From the IMG/VR virus record IMGVR_UViG_2541047442_000018: a DNA stretch of 6,941 nucleotides; one strand, written 5' to 3'. Shown piece by piece: positions 6,062 to 6,941 of this stretch. A model generated the notes under the pieces. That model worked only from the letters and a program-made list of their open reading frames with translations, searched no databases and was not told where the DNA came from. Every line of letters begins with the position of its first letter. Position 1 is the first letter of the stretch. The DNA comes from a virus (lineage: Duplodnaviria > Heunggongvirae > Uroviricota > Caudoviricetes). The position numbers and the translations under genes were made by a program.

Positions 6062-6085
6062 CCGATATGGGAATTCCCATATCGG
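6062..6085. other. perfect 24-bp palindrome CCGATATGGGAATTCCCATATCGG, function unknown
   Basis: Seen in sequence: fully self-complementary over 24 bp. It lies between the AcfC terminator and the hok leader, about 46 bp upstream of the inferred hok mRNA 5' end. No T-run follows on either strand. The sequence is certain; the function is not. Confidence 0.5.
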
Positions 6086-6130
6086 GCGAAAACGGTTTGC
6101 TGTAACGGCAGAGTTAAGTAGGATTGCTGC

Positions 6131-6220
6131 GGGTGCTTGAGGCTATCTGCCTCGGGCATGAACACCAACGGCAGATAGATAAAAGCCCCACCCGACTATA
6201 AATCGAAGTGAGGCCCCTAT
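6131..6220 (+). promoter_or_regulatory. hok mRNA 5' leader with tac/ucb-like alternative hairpins
   Basis: Seen in sequence: the leader begins GGGTGCTTGAGG (6131..6142), which is complementary to a 3' segment at 6483..6495. Overlapping alternative pairings are GAGGC/GCCTC (6138..6152) and ATCTGCC/GGCAGAT (6144..6176). Recall: this matches the plasmid R1 hok leader architecture, with compensatory base changes. Confidence 0.5.
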
Positions 6221-6228
6221 ATGCTCGT
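6180..6228 (-). ncRNA. sok: sok-like antisense RNA (approximate boundaries)
   Basis: Seen in sequence: minus-strand -35 TTGACC (complement of 6259..6264). Minus-strand hairpin GCCTCAC / GTGGGGC (complement of 6209..6215 and 6185..6191) followed by a T-run (complement of 6181..6184). The transcript would be antisense to the upstream SD (GTGAGG 6208..6213) and ATG 6221. The -10 is poor and the ends are not determinable by eye. Confidence 0.35.
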
Positions 6229-6277
6229 CACATATAGATTGCCTCTTACGGACCGAAAGGTCAAGGAGAAGCAGGCT

Positions 6278-6433
6278 ATGAAGCAGCAAAAGGCGATGTT
6301 AATCGCCCTGATCGTCATCTGTTTAATCGTCATAGTGACGGCACTGGTAACGAGGAAAGACCTCTGCGAGGTACGAATCCGAACCGGCCAGACGGAGGTC
6401 GCTGTCTTCGTAGACTACGAATCTGAGAAGTAA
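6278..6433 (+). CDS. hok: Hok/Gef-family type I toxin (51 aa membrane peptide)
   Basis: Seen in sequence: SD AAGGAG (6263..6268), ATG 6278, product MKQQKAMLIALIVICLIVIVTALVTRKDLCEVRIRTGQTEVAVFVDYESEK with one transmembrane helix and the conserved TRKDLCE motif. Recall: near-identical to E. coli HokD/HokC. The ORF-track start at 6221 is an in-frame upstream ATG in the mok position. Confidence 0.9.
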   Translation: MKQQKAMLIALIVICLIVIVTALVTRKDLCEVRIRTGQTEVAVFVDYESEK

Positions 6434-6439
6434 GAGACC

Positions 6440-6500
6440 AAGCGGGGGAGTAATCTCCCGCCACCTCTGATGTGTCAGGCATCCTCAACGCACCCGCGCT
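6440..6500 (+). other. hok mRNA 3' element (fbi-like): hairpin plus segment complementary to the mRNA 5' end
   Basis: Seen in sequence: hairpin GGGAG-TAAT-CTCCC (6446..6459). CCTCAACGCACCC (6483..6495) is the reverse complement of the leader start GGGTGCTTGAGG except for one extra base. Confidence 0.4.
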
Positions 6501-6552
6501 TTACCATACTGAAAATGCTGTTTGAATGTTCATCTCTGAAAGAGGACTATGA

Positions 6553-6897
6553 ATGAAAAAGGTATTGATTGCAGCACTTATTTCTGGTGTGTCTTTTGGC
6601 GCTTTTGCACAGCAGGGCGGTTTCCAAGGGCCTGAAGCAGAGCGTTCAACAGTAGCGCAGGCAAAAGAACTGAAGGATGATGCATGGGTTATCCTTGAAG
6701 GGAGCATCGTTAAAAAAGTGGGTGATGAACGTTATGAGTTTCGTGACAATAGCGGGACAATTGTCACGGATATCGATGACAGCATATGGGCCGGTCAGAA
6801 TGTTTCTCCGAAAGACAAAGTAAGAATTGAGGGTGAAATTGATAAAGACCTGAGCAGTGTTGAAGTGGATGTAAAGGCACTGAAATTATTAAAGTAA
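6553..6897 (+). CDS. YgiW/YdeI (BOF, bacterial OB-fold) family periplasmic protein (114 aa)
   Basis: Seen in sequence: SD GAGGA (6542..6546), ATG 6553, signal peptide MKKVLIAALISGVSFGAFA. Recall: the mature part (QQGGFQGP...DDAWVILEGSIVKKVGDERYEFRDNSGTIVTDIDDSIW...KDKVRIEGEIDKDLSSVEVDVKAL) matches the YgiW/VisP/YdeI pattern closely. Confidence 0.9.
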   Translation: MKKVLIAALISGVSFGAFAQQGGFQGPEAERSTVAQAKELKDDAWVILEGSIVKKVGDERYEFRDNSGTIVTDIDDSIWAGQNVSPKDKVRIEGEIDKDLSSVEVDVKALKLLK

Positions 6898-6913
6898 CCG
6901 TCCCAGCTTGCTA

Positions 6914-6941
6914 AGCCCGTCTTACTGACGGGTTTTCTGTT
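6914..6941 (+). terminator. rho-independent terminator after the YgiW-like gene
   Basis: Seen in sequence: stem CCCGTC (6916..6921) / GACGGG (6927..6932), loop TTACT, then TTTTCTGTT to the window end. Confidence 0.6.

Noticed and set aside
6062-6085. GGGAATTCCC core of the palindrome resembling a eukaryotic kappa-B consensus and containing an EcoRI site
   Set aside because: This is coincidental with no bacterial relevance; only the palindromic symmetry is treated as meaningful.
5468-6168. Minus-strand ORFs 5468..5686 and 5908..6168
   Set aside because: The first is antisense to the AcfC-like gene. The second spans the terminator, the REP-like hairpin and the 24-bp palindrome, which is better explained as non-coding.
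6221-6277. Annotating a separate mok gene
   Set aside because: The upstream ATG is in the hok frame, so there is no distinct overlapping mok ORF. It is reported as a finding instead of a separate CDS.
6501-6707. Minus-strand 68-aa ORF
   Set aside because: It is antisense to the well-supported YgiW-like gene.
1-6941. CRISPR arrays, tRNA or rRNA genes
   Set aside because: No regularly spaced direct repeats with unique spacers and no tRNA-like cloverleaf or rRNA-like sequence were seen on either strand.

Overview
This window reads as the early (immunity plus replication) region of a lambdoid, Qin/P22-like enterobacterial prophage, followed by an AT-richer cargo block. From left to right: a partial minus-strand gene; a small zinc-ribbon ORF broken by an in-frame TAA; a DicA/C2-type repressor on the minus strand, divergent from a DicC/Cro-like gene across a 76-bp switch region with three regularly spaced 14-bp operator-like sites; then, all on the plus strand, a cII-position gene, an O-like initiator with an iteron-like repeat array inside its linker, a lambda-P-like helicase loader, and a tandem winged-helix gene broken by an in-frame TAG. 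The right third carries a degenerate fimbrial-subunit-like remnant, an AcfC-like periplasmic binding protein, a complete hok/sok-type type I toxin-antitoxin locus and a YgiW/BOF-family periplasmic protein. I found no tRNA, rRNA, CRISPR array or recognisable IS element or transposase. All family assignments rest on motif recognition and recall, not on a database search. The most unusual signals are the hok locus whose upstream mok-like ATG is in the hok frame, two independent premature stops in otherwise intact-looking genes, the repeat array inside the initiator gene, and two perfect palindromes (24 bp and 12+12 bp) in the cargo intergenic regions.
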